36,010 bases of DNA from Octopus bimaculoides (Eukaryota). How positions within the stretch are numbered: the first letter of the stretch is position 1; every line of letters starts with the position of its first letter. Positions 35,150 to 36,010 of this stretch are shown piece by piece. The position numbers and the translations under genes are program-made. The notes beneath the pieces are model-generated. The model was not told the origin of the DNA. It ran no database searches and saw only the letters and a list, made by a program, of their open reading frames with translations. The stretch is taken from the NCBI RefSeq assembly GCF_001194135.2, contig NC_068984.1, positions 9,744,245 to 9,780,254 of the forward strand. Direction: 5' to 3'.

Positions 35150-35295
35150 TCATCATCATCATCATCATCATGTAACGTCCATCTTCTATGCTGGCATGGG
35201 TTGGACGGTTTGACAGGAGCTGGCAAGCCAGAGGACTACACAGTGTTTCATTGTCTGCTTTGGCATGGCTTCTACAGCTGGATCCACTTTACAGA
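35150..35295 (-). mobile_element. RTE tail fragment
   Basis: (CAT)n followed by gctggcatgggttggacggtttgac. Confidence 0.8.
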
Positions 35296-35339
35296 GTGGA
35301 CTATACTACAAAATTGATGATATAACCATGGTCTCCATG

Positions 35340-35800
35340 GGTCCCCTCAAGCACCTCTACAATATTTCAAAGAGTGCCTCGATAAAGTTAAATCCTTTCT
35401 CCAAAATCATAATTCTGAGAACATATTAATGATGGGTGATTTTGACCTTCCATATACAAACTGTCTGAAAATATATAGAAATCGGCTAAGCACATCTCAA
35501 CACCAGAAAGAAGTAGCAGAAGATTTGCTTTTTAATTTCAAGGATGAATTCTTCCAATTGCAACTTGTGCTTGAGCCAACAAAACAAAACTGTCTTGGGT
35601 CTGATATTAACAAACCAGTCCAACTCCATCCTTAACATTTCAGTTGAAAAAAAAAAACCTCATCTCTATAGCCAAGACAGAATACTCTGCAATTTTAGTT
35701 TTTGATATGTCAAAGCCAAACCAGTCACTCTCACCCTTCTGTACCCATTCGGTAATAGCAATTTTCATAAAGCACTTAGACAAGATCTGTTGTGTACATA
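35340..35800 (+). mobile_element. CR1/L2-group LINE AP-endonuclease relic
   Basis: PQAPLQYFKECLDKVKSFLQNHNSENILMMGDFDLPY...DEFFQLQLVLEPTKQN matches the GDFN-P and Q-V-EPTR motifs of LINE endonucleases; disrupted downstream. Confidence 0.75.
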
Positions 35801-35944
35801 TTAATTGCTGGTAGGGATGCCATATTTTATTTTGTAACCCCAATATACTACCAAATATATTAAAGGTTTACAAGTCAATACTCTGTGTTAGCAATGCGGT
35901 GATTTCATTTCTTAATTGTATCTCTAAAATCTAAATTCTTTAGA

Positions 35945-35946
35945 AA

Positions 35947-36010
<64 letters not shown>
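35945..36010. repeat. (ATCT)n(AT)n microsatellite
   Basis: Directly visible. Confidence 0.95.

Overview
This is an AT-rich, repeat-dense eukaryotic scaffold with 7 N-gaps. The repeat families match what I recall from octopus, probably Octopus sp. (inference, not a database result). No complete gene is recognisable, and most ORF-track entries are microsatellite, gap or antisense-repeat artefacts. The window is dominated by 5'-truncated RTE-type LINE 3' ends with (GAT)n tails and several tRNA-derived SINE families, some CORE-like. It also holds a dead Tc1 transposase split by a SINE with a 16-bp TSD, three hAT-type MITEs with 8-bp TSDs, a 104-bp-arm foldback element, tandem TTAA (piggyBac-type) MITEs and a CR1/L2-type endonuclease relic. 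A retroelement-poor, CpG-retaining block (about 27.9-32.7 kb) has candidate minus-strand first exons, and a candidate minus-strand terminal exon with Ser/Thr pentapeptide repeats lies at 24.1-24.4 kb. The best hunt result is a minimal type I hammerhead ribozyme core on the minus strand (22521-22566). It sits in a short element joined head-to-head, through a perfect 20-bp palindrome, to a tRNA-like Pol III head, which suggests a hammerhead-carrying SINE or retrozyme-like element.
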